From sequence record MK327931.1: a DNA stretch of 64,000 nt, one strand, 5' to 3'. Every line of letters begins with the position of its first letter. Position 1 is the first letter of the stretch. This document shows positions 50,079-59,331 of the stretch, in pieces. This stretch comes from Escherichia phage vB_EcoM_G17. The notes below the pieces were generated by a model that searched no databases, was not told the origin of the DNA, and saw only the letters and a list, made by a program, of their open reading frames with translations. The position numbers and the translations under genes are program-made.

Positions 50079-50427
50079 TAAGTTGGTTTAACGCATAAGA
50101 ACTGAAGAATGGATTATTCTTTGCAATTTCTATTCGTTTTTCAATATCCATTAATATAATCTCTGGTCTACTGAAATTACCTTTACGTCTATATGTTAGT
50201 AAACGCTCTTTGTGTCCGTTGAACTGAAATTCAAAATATGTTGATGATGTATAATCACTTCCATCAGGAATCGGAATTGAGAAATCAACATTGTACTTAT
50301 AACCAAATGCAAAAAAATAACCACCATCTTCGAACGGTATAGTTGTATCATTTAGGTGGAAATCTATTTCATCTCCTAATATATCAAATATCTTGGTACT
50401 TAGAGACATAAAATCATCGGCTAACAT
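50017..50427 (-). CDS. hypothetical protein (136 aa)
   Basis: ORF. Confidence 0.5.
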   Translation of the reverse strand: MLADDFMSLSTKIFDILGDEIDFHLNDTTIPFEDGGYFFAFGYKYNVDFSIPIPDGSDYTSSTYFEFQFNGHKERLLTYRRKGNFSRPEIILMDIEKRIEIAKNNPFFSSYALNQLIELFDGYPDRIRGSLRINAE

Positions 50428-50437
50428 TTTTTTTACC

Positions 50438-50656
50438 TTATTTTATAACTCGACAGTAGTACTGAATAATGTAAGGAAATAATGGATTATTCACGTATGT
50501 AGCGAAATTAGCTATTGTAACTTTTTTATAGTACGAATTATGAATTGTTATAAGAGTGTGGGGATCTATTGATTCTCTATTAGAGAGTTCAACATAACGC
50601 CCACACTTCATATAAGCCTTACCATAATAATCGTAAATTATGTCATATTTTTCCAT
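50438..50656 (-). CDS. hypothetical protein (72 aa)
   Basis: ORF, abuts next gene. Confidence 0.45.
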   Translation of the reverse strand: MEKYDIIYDYYGKAYMKCGRYVELSNRESIDPHTLITIHNSYYKKVTIANFATYVNNPLFPYIIQYYCRVIK

Positions 50657-51016
50657 TTATTCTGGATCTTTGTTTTTATCAACTGTGTTGTTTTTATTTA
50701 AATCAATTTGTAAAGCCATTGCAGCTTCAGCATTTTCTTCATGTGTGCCATTGAATTTATACCCATTCTTAATGAGATTCACTGTGTAGTACTTATTGTA
50801 AAGAAATGCCCACACGACCATTGCAATTGTACCCACAATCCAAAATGACACTGCGTTGAGGATGAAGTAAATTACAAATGCACCGATGAACGTAATAAAG
50901 TCACCACGAAACAATGCAGGGAATGGTCCAAAGAATAGTGTTGTCCATGAGAATCCAAAGAAACCATCTTTGCGTTGTCCTACATTTTCATTTTTTAAAG
51001 AAATAGTTTTAGCCAT
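50657..51016 (-). CDS. membrane protein (119 aa, two hydrophobic helices)
   Basis: FFGFSWTTLFFGPFPALFRG and VIYFILNAVSFWIVGTIAMVVWAFL. Confidence 0.55.
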   Translation of the reverse strand: MAKTISLKNENVGQRKDGFFGFSWTTLFFGPFPALFRGDFITFIGAFVIYFILNAVSFWIVGTIAMVVWAFLYNKYYTVNLIKNGYKFNGTHEENAEAAMALQIDLNKNNTVDKNKDPE

Positions 51017-51025
51017 TTTAATCTC

Positions 51026-51250
51026 CTACTTATTATTTGGGTTTGGTATACAGTACACATATACTAGATTACTAAAGTGTTCAGTACTGGAATATTTTGC
51101 TAACTCAGTAATGTGAAAGTTCTTGTCATAAAACCTTCCACTATTGAATGTTGTTATTTGGCAACAATGTATAGGTCTGAAAATATAATAATAAAATATA
51201 TCATTTTCAACTACAACAGTATGGTTTGTATAACGCTCGATTTTCTTCAT
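51026..51250 (-). CDS. hypothetical protein (74 aa)
   Basis: ORF; 4-nt overlap with upstream deaminase-like gene. Confidence 0.4.
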   Translation of the reverse strand: MKKIERYTNHTVVVENDIFYYYIFRPIHCCQITTFNSGRFYDKNFHITELAKYSSTEHFSNLVYVYCIPNPNNK

Positions 51251-51615
51251 GTGTGGATAATTTCCTTAACCCCGTATTCCATAATTGCTAATGTGCAAAT
51301 TTCACATGGTTTGGCAGGTACAGGAATTCCATCTTTACTTATCCGTGCAATCAGTAAAGTATGAACATCAGCACGAGCAGCCAGTAAACATGAAATTTCA
51401 GCATGAAGAAACTCACCTTGCGGTCGCCCAGCACGAATGGCGAAACCCTTCTGTACTGGGTGAGTCTGTGTATAAGAATTTGTGCGAGTTGCCAGTACTC
51501 GACCTTTTTTATCCAGTGCACGAGCAATCACACGATACCGCTTGTAGTTCCCTACTTGCTCAATAGGTGGCATCCGGCGTAATTCTTCAACAAGTTTCTC
51601 CAATTTACTATTCAT
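51247..51615 (-). CDS. CDA-fold zinc-dependent deaminase-like protein (HAE...PCxxC), substrate unknown
   Basis: LHAEISCL and PCEICTLAI about 30 aa apart; Arg-rich; GC-richer codons than neighbours. Confidence 0.6.
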   Translation of the reverse strand: MNSKLEKLVEELRRMPPIEQVGNYKRYRVIARALDKKGRVLATRTNSYTQTHPVQKGFAIRAGRPQGEFLHAEISCLLAARADVHTLLIARISKDGIPVPAKPCEICTLAIMEYGVKEIIHT

Positions 51616-52238
51616 AAGTCTAAGTCTATACCCTTTTCAAGTGATTTTTCTAGAACCCAAAGTTTACATTCTTCACTCTCCAAATGTATCTTTGCCTCTT
51701 GCTGTTCTCCTATTGTACAAGACTTTATGAATGCACGCAAGGCTTGGATTGTATTTTTTAAATTTTTTATGTCATCGATGATTTTTTCTTTGGTTTCTTC
51801 ATCGATTACACATGAACTCCAACTGTGTCGTTCCTCCCAAACTGTTTTAGCGGGATTATATATTGATTGTGATGCATTGAATGAATGTATTTTATGAAAT
51901 TTATCATCTGCTTCCTGTTGGGTATAATCCCCATATGTGTTCAGAACATTTTTGTATAATTCATCAATGGCCTCTTCATACGTATCACCACCACAATCCA
52001 ATTGATAATCATGTGCTTGTACCCATTCGTCGTCTTGCTCAATATACATTGGTGAAAGAAATTCTACCCAAAATTGAGTCTTTGTATTCAATGCTTTGAA
52101 ATCTTCAATTCGATTTGTCATTGGACACACATCATGAGGTTCAATATCAATCCTAGCTGGAACCATATCTTTGTTTATGAATTTAGGATGACCCAAAATC
52201 CACCAGTACTTTTCCGATGTAGTCATAGTAATCTCCAA
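51612..52238 (-). CDS. hypothetical protein (208 aa)
   Basis: ORF. Confidence 0.5.
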   Translation of the reverse strand: MEITMTTSEKYWWILGHPKFINKDMVPARIDIEPHDVCPMTNRIEDFKALNTKTQFWVEFLSPMYIEQDDEWVQAHDYQLDCGGDTYEEAIDELYKNVLNTYGDYTQQEADDKFHKIHSFNASQSIYNPAKTVWEERHSWSSCVIDEETKEKIIDDIKNLKNTIQALRAFIKSCTIGEQQEAKIHLESEECKLWVLEKSLEKGIDLDL

Positions 52239-52272
52239 TTAAAAAGTACTGCACACGATGGCAGTACTGATG

Positions 52273-52632
52273 TTAAACGTAACGTTTCTTTTTATAATCA
52301 TACCCTACTGCTTTGTAAAAGTCAAACAAAGAAGCATGTTCAAATGTAGGTAATAGATCATATGGGTGCTGATAGTTCGCAATACCAACAATAGCCATCA
52401 TTGATTCAGCAGTTCTTACGTTATCACTATCCCATTCATCTAAACGCCAAAGTGAGCAAAGTACCTCTCGTTCATGTTGCTTACCCAGAAAGAATCCAGC
52501 TTCACGGTCACGAAATGCACCTACACTGACAGTACTTTTGTACCAGTCTTTTTCACCATATAATGGCATACGGATAATATGTTTTTCTTTAGCTTCTCCA
52601 AAGCGATGAAGAAATGCTACATAATCACTCAT
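52273..52632 (-). CDS. hypothetical protein (119 aa)
   Basis: ORF. Confidence 0.5.
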   Translation of the reverse strand: MSDYVAFLHRFGEAKEKHIIRMPLYGEKDWYKSTVSVGAFRDREAGFFLGKQHEREVLCSLWRLDEWDSDNVRTAESMMAIVGIANYQHPYDLLPTFEHASLFDFYKAVGYDYKKKRYV

Positions 52633-52799
52633 AATTTATAACCCATTACAGGTTTGGTATGATCCGGTTCGTAAGACTTTTCAGTACTGAACCCTCTGAA
52701 ATTTCCACGTCCTGGATTTGGACAAGCCATCCCTTGTATTGAATGCTTACCCTTATCTTTGCCACAATTTTTACATTTGTAGCCAATTACTTCTTTCAT
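52629..52799 (-). CDS. candidate small Cys-containing (zinc-ribbon-like) protein, 56 aa, not in ORF track
   Basis: ATGA start/stop overlaps with both neighbours; MKEVIGYKCKNCGKDKGKHSIQGMACPNPGRG... Confidence 0.4.
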   Translation of the reverse strand: MKEVIGYKCKNCGKDKGKHSIQGMACPNPGRGNFRGFSTEKSYEPDHTKPVMGYKL

Positions 52800-53044
52800 T
52801 GTGCATCCTTCGGAACAGTATTAAGACGTTTGCGATTCACAATCTTCCTGCACATGAGGTTAAGATCTTGCCCATGACGCATAGTATGACATGCGTATAG
52901 TGTTCCTTGATGATTTAGTTTTGTTAAACCTTGACGGATGATTTCAGCATCCATCTCATCAACTTTAGGAGCACAACCACAGAGAATAATGGATACAAAT
53001 ATTGTTAATGTAATGAATATATTTTTCATGATATTTTTTCTCAT
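52796..53044 (-). CDS. putative lipoprotein (82 aa)
   Basis: Signal peptide with lipobox ILCGC. Confidence 0.5.
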   Translation of the reverse strand: MRKNIMKNIFITLTIFVSIILCGCAPKVDEMDAEIIRQGLTKLNHQGTLYACHTMRHGQDLNLMCRKIVNRKRLNTVPKDAQ

Positions 53045-53421
53045 TTAGTAAAACACGAATTATTACTGATAAGTTCATCAAGTACTTTTTGTACTTCGAT
53101 AGAATTAATATCAACTTTGTAATAATTATAGTTTTTAACTCTAAAATGTTCTTTTGATATATCAACTTTAAATTCAATAATATCAAGATTACCAATAAAA
53201 TCAGACTTATCAGTTCTTAAATCCAAAATACCTAATTCCGGTTTTTGTGGTTTACATAAAATCAAACCAAATTTATTTTCTTCAAATGCCTGATTAAACA
53301 TATCATAATAATCACTAATAACAAATCTAATATTATCAGTGCTTAACTTTCCTGATTTTCCTTTTTTATAAACAGAAACAATGTTTAGTTCAAAGGTTTT
53401 ACCAAAGCGTGTGATTTTCAT
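53041..53421 (-). CDS. hypothetical protein (126 aa)
   Basis: ORF. Confidence 0.5.
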   Translation of the reverse strand: MKITRFGKTFELNIVSVYKKGKSGKLSTDNIRFVISDYYDMFNQAFEENKFGLILCKPQKPELGILDLRTDKSDFIGNLDIIEFKVDISKEHFRVKNYNYYKVDINSIEVQKVLDELISNNSCFTK

Positions 53422-54389
53422 TTTGGGCTATAACCACTTTTAATTTTAGAAATTACTTTCTTCTCGAAGAACTTACGTGCTTCTTCAATAGTTTCGAATT
53501 CTTCACCATCTGTAGTACTGGTTTTACCAATAGCACCGTACTCAATAATTACTTCACACACTGGAGCATTCAATTCAATATTATAGAATTTGTTTGAAGA
53601 ACCGTGAACATATTCCAAATGTACATTATCAGGAATGTTCTGTACATAATCATAGTTCTTGAAGATAATATCAATCATATTTTCTTCGCCGCGATCAGGA
53701 AATAGTTCAGTATTATTCAGTACTAAACGCTGTGCAGCACGGAACATATCAAAATATTGTTCGCCTTTTTTCAGTTCTTTTGTATCAGAACAGAAATGAC
53801 CATAGTATTCTACATAATCATTCCAAGGATAAATTCCTTCATCAGCAGTTTCAGACACGTAAGTTTCATCTTGTGGAACTTTAAAACCACGAGTTTTTGG
53901 ATGAGAAATTAAGCACAGTGAAATATTATGACCGATATCTGAATCATCAGTAATACTACCACCAACCATATGAACAACATTTTTAATACTTTCAAAATCT
54001 ACATCTTCAATTTCATGATACATTAAATGTTCTTCAATATTACTTACTAGTAATGAATTACCATTTCCGGCATCGAATTCAAAAATGAAAAGTTCTACAC
54101 AATCTTCTTCTTTCATTTCAATAGTATCACTGAGTTTAATATACTCATTTTTTAATTGTTCAATATTTTCATGAGAACCAAAACTATAACGTGAACTGAT
54201 ATAACTACTACCGTCCAACCATCCCATATCCCAAGGTTCTTCTGACATGTATTCTGAGCTATAGAAATCAGTCAAATCATCTCTCTGAGTACAAACCGTA
54301 AGAGAACGAACATTACTAAGACCTTGAACTTCAAGATTCAGTACTGTAGTATTGCCAATTTTTTGTTCAGAAATAATTTTAGTTTTCAT
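53418..54389 (-). CDS. WGR-domain-containing protein (323 aa)
   Basis: C-terminal KFYNIELNAPVCEVIIEYGAIGKTSTTDGEEFETIEEARKFFEKKVISKIKSGY fits WGR pattern. Confidence 0.5.
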   Translation of the reverse strand: MKTKIISEQKIGNTTVLNLEVQGLSNVRSLTVCTQRDDLTDFYSSEYMSEEPWDMGWLDGSSYISSRYSFGSHENIEQLKNEYIKLSDTIEMKEEDCVELFIFEFDAGNGNSLLVSNIEEHLMYHEIEDVDFESIKNVVHMVGGSITDDSDIGHNISLCLISHPKTRGFKVPQDETYVSETADEGIYPWNDYVEYYGHFCSDTKELKKGEQYFDMFRAAQRLVLNNTELFPDRGEENMIDIIFKNYDYVQNIPDNVHLEYVHGSSNKFYNIELNAPVCEVIIEYGAIGKTSTTDGEEFETIEEARKFFEKKVISKIKSGYSPK

Positions 54390-54602
54390 TTAAAATACCT
54401 ATTGAATTGATTTACGCCATTTGGCTAGTTTAACATTCATGTAAGTAACTCACGTTCCATCTCTTCTGAACTCATATTATCGCATTACAAAGCGAACATG
54501 TCAAGTGCACAAATGCAAAGATCTACAGCTTCACCTTTGACACCATCTTTACCTGCTTCTTTATATGATAACCCATCACGGATGTTCATATTTCATATCA
54601 TC

Positions 54603-55253
54603 CTACTTTTTCGATTGGAACAATGCAATCTGTACGCGTGTAATGAACTCACGCTCTACTTCTTCAGCACTGTGTCCTTCATATTGTGTCTTGAAAAGTT
54701 CCATTGCTTTTAGTGCCATCTGTACAGAAATGTCTGTAATACTTTCAGTACTGGTACTTTCAAATACATTTTTGAGGCTTAGTTCATCATCACTAACATC
54801 ATCAACTTCAACTGGGTTGTTGTTTTGTTCATCAATGTAACGTAAAGCTTTGTACTCTGCTTTTGTTAGATTTTCATACCAACGTGGGTGGTGGAACAAA
54901 TCATGCATTGTAACTTTTGCTGCTTCCATGAGAAGTAATAGCTCTTCATTTCTGCGAATATGTTTTTCTTCACCTTTATGATTTTTGTAAGTATATGCAC
55001 AACGCATAATGGCTAATCGAACTTCACCTGCTTTGGTGATAGTGTATGAATGTATTGCATTATCATAATCACTTTCCCATTTCTGACCAGCATATTCGTA
55101 CCAAAGTTCATTAGTTTCCCATTTAATGAAATCAAATTCTAACAAACTGTCAATCAACTTAGCCAAATTACCACTGTACTCACGGCTAATGATATTGAAA
55201 CCACCATTGTACTTTGCAAGGTACAGAATCTTTTCTTGAGTTACATTTTTCAT
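54603..55253 (-). CDS. hypothetical protein (216 aa)
   Basis: ORF. Confidence 0.5.
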   Translation of the reverse strand: MKNVTQEKILYLAKYNGGFNIISREYSGNLAKLIDSLLEFDFIKWETNELWYEYAGQKWESDYDNAIHSYTITKAGEVRLAIMRCAYTYKNHKGEEKHIRRNEELLLLMEAAKVTMHDLFHHPRWYENLTKAEYKALRYIDEQNNNPVEVDDVSDDELSLKNVFESTSTESITDISVQMALKAMELFKTQYEGHSAEEVEREFITRVQIALFQSKK

Positions 55254-55591
55254 TACATGTAATCCTTGATGTATTTTAGCAGTTTAGATTTCTCTTCGGT
55301 ACTTAATGATTTCTTGTTCATTAAGTGTTTCATTTCTTGACGTTCAATTTCTTCACATCTTTTAGATTCAGCTTCAATTCGTGTATTATATTCTTCGTCA
55401 GTTTCTTCTCTGGTCCAAATTACATTGTATCCATGAAAACCGCCGTAACCACTGTCTGGTGAAAGACTAATGTGACCGTTATATTCAGCACGATACTTAT
55501 TAAGAGTGTCAATAAAGGTATCAATGCCACACGGTTCAATTTCAATATAACCAATCACTACAGTAACGTCAATTTTGTTCATAAAGTTCAC
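55253..55591 (-). CDS. hypothetical protein (112 aa)
   Basis: ORF. Confidence 0.5.
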   Translation of the reverse strand: MNFMNKIDVTVVIGYIEIEPCGIDTFIDTLNKYRAEYNGHISLSPDSGYGGFHGYNVIWTREETDEEYNTRIEAESKRCEEIERQEMKHLMNKKSLSTEEKSKLLKYIKDYM

Positions 55592-55609
55592 CTATAAAAT
55601 TAGGGAGCA

Positions 55610-56167
55610 TTAGCTCCCTTTGTATTGATGTTTACGTTTAGTACTGTATTTCCAGCCAGTACTATGTCTTGTTCTGATATCGTCCCAATACGATGGTAAT
55701 GAACGCATCTTACGTCTTCCACGTATATCAGGTTCCCCCTCATCCTTCAGTACTGCACAAGCCATACGACGCTCTTGTTGTGTCTTAGGACGCTTGTATC
55801 GGGAGTGGTTATGTTTGTACATATACGAACGCTTATGTCGCCATTCCGTATCACGAGCTTTACGTTTATGTTCCCAGTACTCATTATAGAGTATCATGTA
55901 TTCACCCATAAGTAAATCAGGAGATACAAGTAATCCTTTTTCAGTACAAAGATAATAACCCACAAACTTTTCTGGAAACATTTCGTAATAGAAACGGTTC
56001 TTCCAAAATGTTTCACGATTCTTTTTGTTGAATTCAGCTAAATCGAATTTCATCTTACTGTGGAAACGGTCTATACCGTCATGTTCCGCAATGTACTCTA
56101 ACAGATTATCAATAATCTCAACTTTACCAGAATCGTGATACAACGTAAATGTTTGGTCAAAAAACAT
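55610..56167 (-). CDS. hypothetical protein with highly basic C-terminus (185 aa)
   Basis: ORF; R/K-rich tail. Confidence 0.5.
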   Translation of the reverse strand: MFFDQTFTLYHDSGKVEIIDNLLEYIAEHDGIDRFHSKMKFDLAEFNKKNRETFWKNRFYYEMFPEKFVGYYLCTEKGLLVSPDLLMGEYMILYNEYWEHKRKARDTEWRHKRSYMYKHNHSRYKRPKTQQERRMACAVLKDEGEPDIRGRRKMRSLPSYWDDIRTRHSTGWKYSTKRKHQYKGS

Positions 56168-56262
56168 ATGAAATCTCCTTTAAGTTAAAATAACCTAATG
56201 GAAAGTCATTCTTCCTTTAATACATGTTCTCATGATTTGTTCCTTTTGTCAAGATATAGATA

Positions 56263-56290
56263 TAAAAAATCCCTGCCAAAAGACAGGGAC
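56263..56290 (-). terminator. terminator-like hairpin plus T-run
   Basis: GTCCCTGTC-TTTTGG-CAGGGAT then TTTTTTAT on minus strand. Confidence 0.45.
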
Positions 56291-56393
56291 GAAAAACTGA
56301 AATAACACATGGAGTTCTTTTTAATTTAATAAAAAGTATTATTATTCTTATAAAAGTATTTATTAAGAACTCCACAATATGTCTTCAAATGAA

Positions 56394-56582
56394 TCAAAAA
56401 CCTTTCTGAGCTACTAGTTCACGGTACTGTGCACGAGTTAGTACACCTTGTTTGCGTAGAGCTTGAAGACCGGATAGGGTTTCACTCTTACGTTGTTCGT
56501 ACATACGTTGTTCTTTAGATTGAATAACTTTCTCTTTCTTAACTTTTGCTACTGGTTCTTTTTTCTTAGGTTGTTTAGCCAT
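56394..56582 (-). CDS. small highly basic protein (62 aa)
   Basis: ORF with GGAG RBS; K/R-rich; directly downstream of promoter/palindrome. Confidence 0.5.
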   Translation of the reverse strand: MAKQPKKKEPVAKVKKEKVIQSKEQRMYEQRKSETLSGLQALRKQGVLTRAQYRELVAQKGF

Positions 56583-56613
56583 TTTATATCTCCTTCTGTA
56601 TTATGATAACAAC

Positions 56614-56646
56614 ATTATATCATGTATGGGACATAATGTCCCATAC
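56614..56646 (-). promoter_or_regulatory. sigma70-type promoter GGGACA-17-TATAAT overlapping a 22-bp perfect palindrome
   Basis: Minus strand GTATGGGACATTATGTCCCATACATGATATAATG; palindrome GTATGGGACAT/ATGTCCCATAC. Confidence 0.5.
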
Positions 56647-56650
56647 AATA

Positions 56651-58090
56651 TTACATATTTTCTTCAGCAAATTCTGCAAGTGGTGAACGAACAACACCTT
56701 CTAGTTCGATGACACGACAACCTGCCCAATCTTTAAACTTCTCAGTTACATATGTCAAACCACTGTTAACAGGACTAATAAACTTACTGTCAATCTGACT
56801 CAAGTTACCCATAATTACTACTTTACAGTTTAATCCTGCTCGTGTCAAGATTGTTTTGGCTTGTGCAGGTGTAATGTTTTGGAATTCATCAACTACTAGA
56901 ATAGTGTTGGTGAATGAACGTCCACGTACAAAGTTTAGTGCTTTAAATTGAATAACATTACGTTTCATAATCTCTTCAATACTACCTTGAGGGTTAGCAT
57001 CATCTTTATGAAGAAACTCTAACGCGTCAATTGCGGCTCCACAGAATGGAATCACTTTTTCTGCTTCTGAACCTGGCAAGAAACCAATATCTTCAAACTG
57101 TGAGTCTTGAGTTTTAGAGAAGATGATTCGGTCGTATTTACGTTTTTCCAGTACTAATTCTAATGCAGTCGCAATCGTAATTAGTGTTTTACCAGTACCA
57201 GCAGAACCTAGCAGTACTGTTAGATGTACATCAGGATCGAGAATACTGTTGATGGCGAGTGCTTGTTGGATATTCTTTGCTTTAATATCCCATACTTTAG
57301 CACGTAAAGCTACTGATTGTCCAATATCTTGGAATACCAAAATATCTTCTGGTGTTAGTGTTCCATCATCTTCCTCAATTGCTGATTGACCTTCGTACAC
57401 AAATAATACGTCTGCATCATCATATAGATAATCCCCGATGCATAGATTTTGTGGGAGCAAATGCTCAATCAAGCTTTTGGAAATGTAATGATACAAACGA
57501 CGACCAACTTGTTCGGATTGAATATTAGTATTGGTTAAGTTGCTATATACTTCCCAAAAATTGATTTCCAAATGGTGTTGACCAATGTGAATCAAATCAC
57601 TATCACCAATAACAATATCATGGCGATAATCTTGTACCTCGACACCATAACTTAGTGCTTTGATACGCATGTTGATATCACGAGTTACCAGTACTGATTC
57701 TGTTGCTAAAGCTACCAGAATGATTTTATCATCAGGTACTGTGCTTTTGAGAAGGGTTTGAACTTTCTCTTCTGAACCTTTAGTACGAATTAGTGCTTCA
57801 GCTTCTTCGTTTGTAATAACAAACAATTTGCTATCAGGATTCATATTGGTATGAACATCAGCAATATTAACACCAGTACTACTAATCTCATCATGTGATG
57901 CATCTGCAATAATTGCTTCAATGTTACGAATAGCAACACGAGCATCGCGTGAAACATCTACATTACGACTCTTAATTGAATCCAATTCTTCCAGTACTGT
58001 AAATGGTAGAATGATTGCAGCACCATCAAAAGCAATAGATGCATTAGGGTCAGATAGTAGTACGTTTGTGTCAATTGTATATTTTTTCAT
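56651..58090 (-). CDS. phoH: PIN-domain/PhoH-like ATPase fusion protein
   Basis: N-terminal PIN (IDTNVLL); Walker A LLGSAGTGKT; Walker B VVDEFQN. Confidence 0.85.
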   Translation of the reverse strand: MKKYTIDTNVLLSDPNASIAFDGAAIILPFTVLEELDSIKSRNVDVSRDARVAIRNIEAIIADASHDEISSTGVNIADVHTNMNPDSKLFVITNEEAEALIRTKGSEEKVQTLLKSTVPDDKIILVALATESVLVTRDINMRIKALSYGVEVQDYRHDIVIGDSDLIHIGQHHLEINFWEVYSNLTNTNIQSEQVGRRLYHYISKSLIEHLLPQNLCIGDYLYDDADVLFVYEGQSAIEEDDGTLTPEDILVFQDIGQSVALRAKVWDIKAKNIQQALAINSILDPDVHLTVLLGSAGTGKTLITIATALELVLEKRKYDRIIFSKTQDSQFEDIGFLPGSEAEKVIPFCGAAIDALEFLHKDDANPQGSIEEIMKRNVIQFKALNFVRGRSFTNTILVVDEFQNITPAQAKTILTRAGLNCKVVIMGNLSQIDSKFISPVNSGLTYVTEKFKDWAGCRVIELEGVVRSPLAEFAEENM

Positions 58091-58150
58091 AAAACATCCT
58101 TGAGTTATGAGTACATCCTTGTACTCGACTAATGTTATTGACTCGGATTA

Positions 58151-58453
58151 TTACATATTTGGTTCGTATTCAACATAGCAACGTGAACCTCGAACCTTTT
58201 CTTCCCAGCACTCCTGGTAAACAAGTTGACCAATTGAAACTGGTTCTCTTGATAGTCCATTACGTACTTCACCATTTTGGGTTTTATACATAAATGAACA
58301 TTTGGACTCGCTACATTGTCCTAAACTAACAACTTCTGCGGTATTGTAGTGAATGTTGGTACGCTTAGTGTTCTCGTGATACTGTCCGAACCAAAGAACT
58401 CCTGCACCTAACAGAACAGTACAAATAAGACTTTTGATGTGTGTTTGAATCAT
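58151..58453 (-). CDS. small secreted or membrane-anchored Cys-containing protein (100 aa)
   Basis: N-terminal hydrophobic segment LICTVLLGAGVLWF; paired cysteines. Confidence 0.5.
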   Translation of the reverse strand: MIQTHIKSLICTVLLGAGVLWFGQYHENTKRTNIHYNTAEVVSLGQCSESKCSFMYKTQNGEVRNGLSREPVSIGQLVYQECWEEKVRGSRCYVEYEPNM

Positions 58454-58770
58454 AATGAGTTAAATCCATTGTTTAAGTATGTTTCAATATTAATTTTACC
58501 AACAGGATTACTACTGTGAACAAAGTACTCAAACGGTTCTTTAATATTATTATCAAACATATAATCAATAAGAAACTTAGCAAAAGAATATCCAGTCTTT
58601 TCGTCTTCGCTCACATCACCCAAGTCATGGTCGAATGATACAAATGCTGGAATTCCATTTTCAATAACATATTCACATGCACTTTTAAAGTCACGACATA
58701 CCACCATATCTTGGTTTGGATAATATAGATTTGCATCACGAATATCATCCAAAAACATTGAGTAAGACAT
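58450..58770 (-). CDS. receiver-like small protein, possibly CPR (cyclic-phosphate processing receiver) domain
   Basis: MFLDDIRD, SFDHDLGD and HSSNPVG recalled as CPR-like; recalled from memory only. Confidence 0.4.
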   Translation of the reverse strand: MSYSMFLDDIRDANLYYPNQDMVVCRDFKSACEYVIENGIPAFVSFDHDLGDVSEDEKTGYSFAKFLIDYMFDNNIKEPFEYFVHSSNPVGKINIETYLNNGFNSL

Positions 58771-58779
58771 GTTAAACTC

Positions 58780-59331
58780 CTATAGATAACTAATTAGTAA
58801 GTTTTCTTTTTGAACCAGATACTCCAATTCTTGTTTTGCTGTACCGATGAAGTTCTGTGTCATAAGATTATTATATCCCGCTTCTCGATTTTGTCCCTTA
58901 GAATAACGAGAAATATGACATAAATTTACACCAGCAACTTCTGCACTTGCATGTTTAGCATTAGTGTATCCATCTCTAATGTGTTTCAACTCGTCATAGG
59001 TTACTTCATAGCTAAAACTGTGACTGTTTGCACCTGGGTAAATTTCAAAAGTTTTGAGTGGTCGAAGATGGGAAACAAAAATATTGTAATCCATTTCTTC
59101 TTGAACTTCACGACGCAACGCATCTTCTAGTGAGATATCAGTACTTTCTACGGTTCCACCACATCCACCAAGAAGACCATCCCATCGTAATTGCAGTAAT
59201 ACTAAATTTACTTCTGGTATATCATTCAACTCATAGTTTTTGTAAGGGTTGCATTTTCTTGCAAAGAAATAACAAAATACAAAATTTGCACGTGTGCCAT
59301 ATTCACCAAAGGGAACTTCTTTAACACTCAT
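58780..59331 (-). CDS. Nudix-like hydrolase
   Basis: Nudix-box-like GGCGGTVESTDISLEDALRREVQEEMD. Confidence 0.5.
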   Translation of the reverse strand: MSVKEVPFGEYGTRANFVFCYFFARKCNPYKNYELNDIPEVNLVLLQLRWDGLLGGCGGTVESTDISLEDALRREVQEEMDYNIFVSHLRPLKTFEIYPGANSHSFSYEVTYDELKHIRDGYTNAKHASAEVAGVNLCHISRYSKGQNREAGYNNLMTQNFIGTAKQELEYLVQKENLLISYL

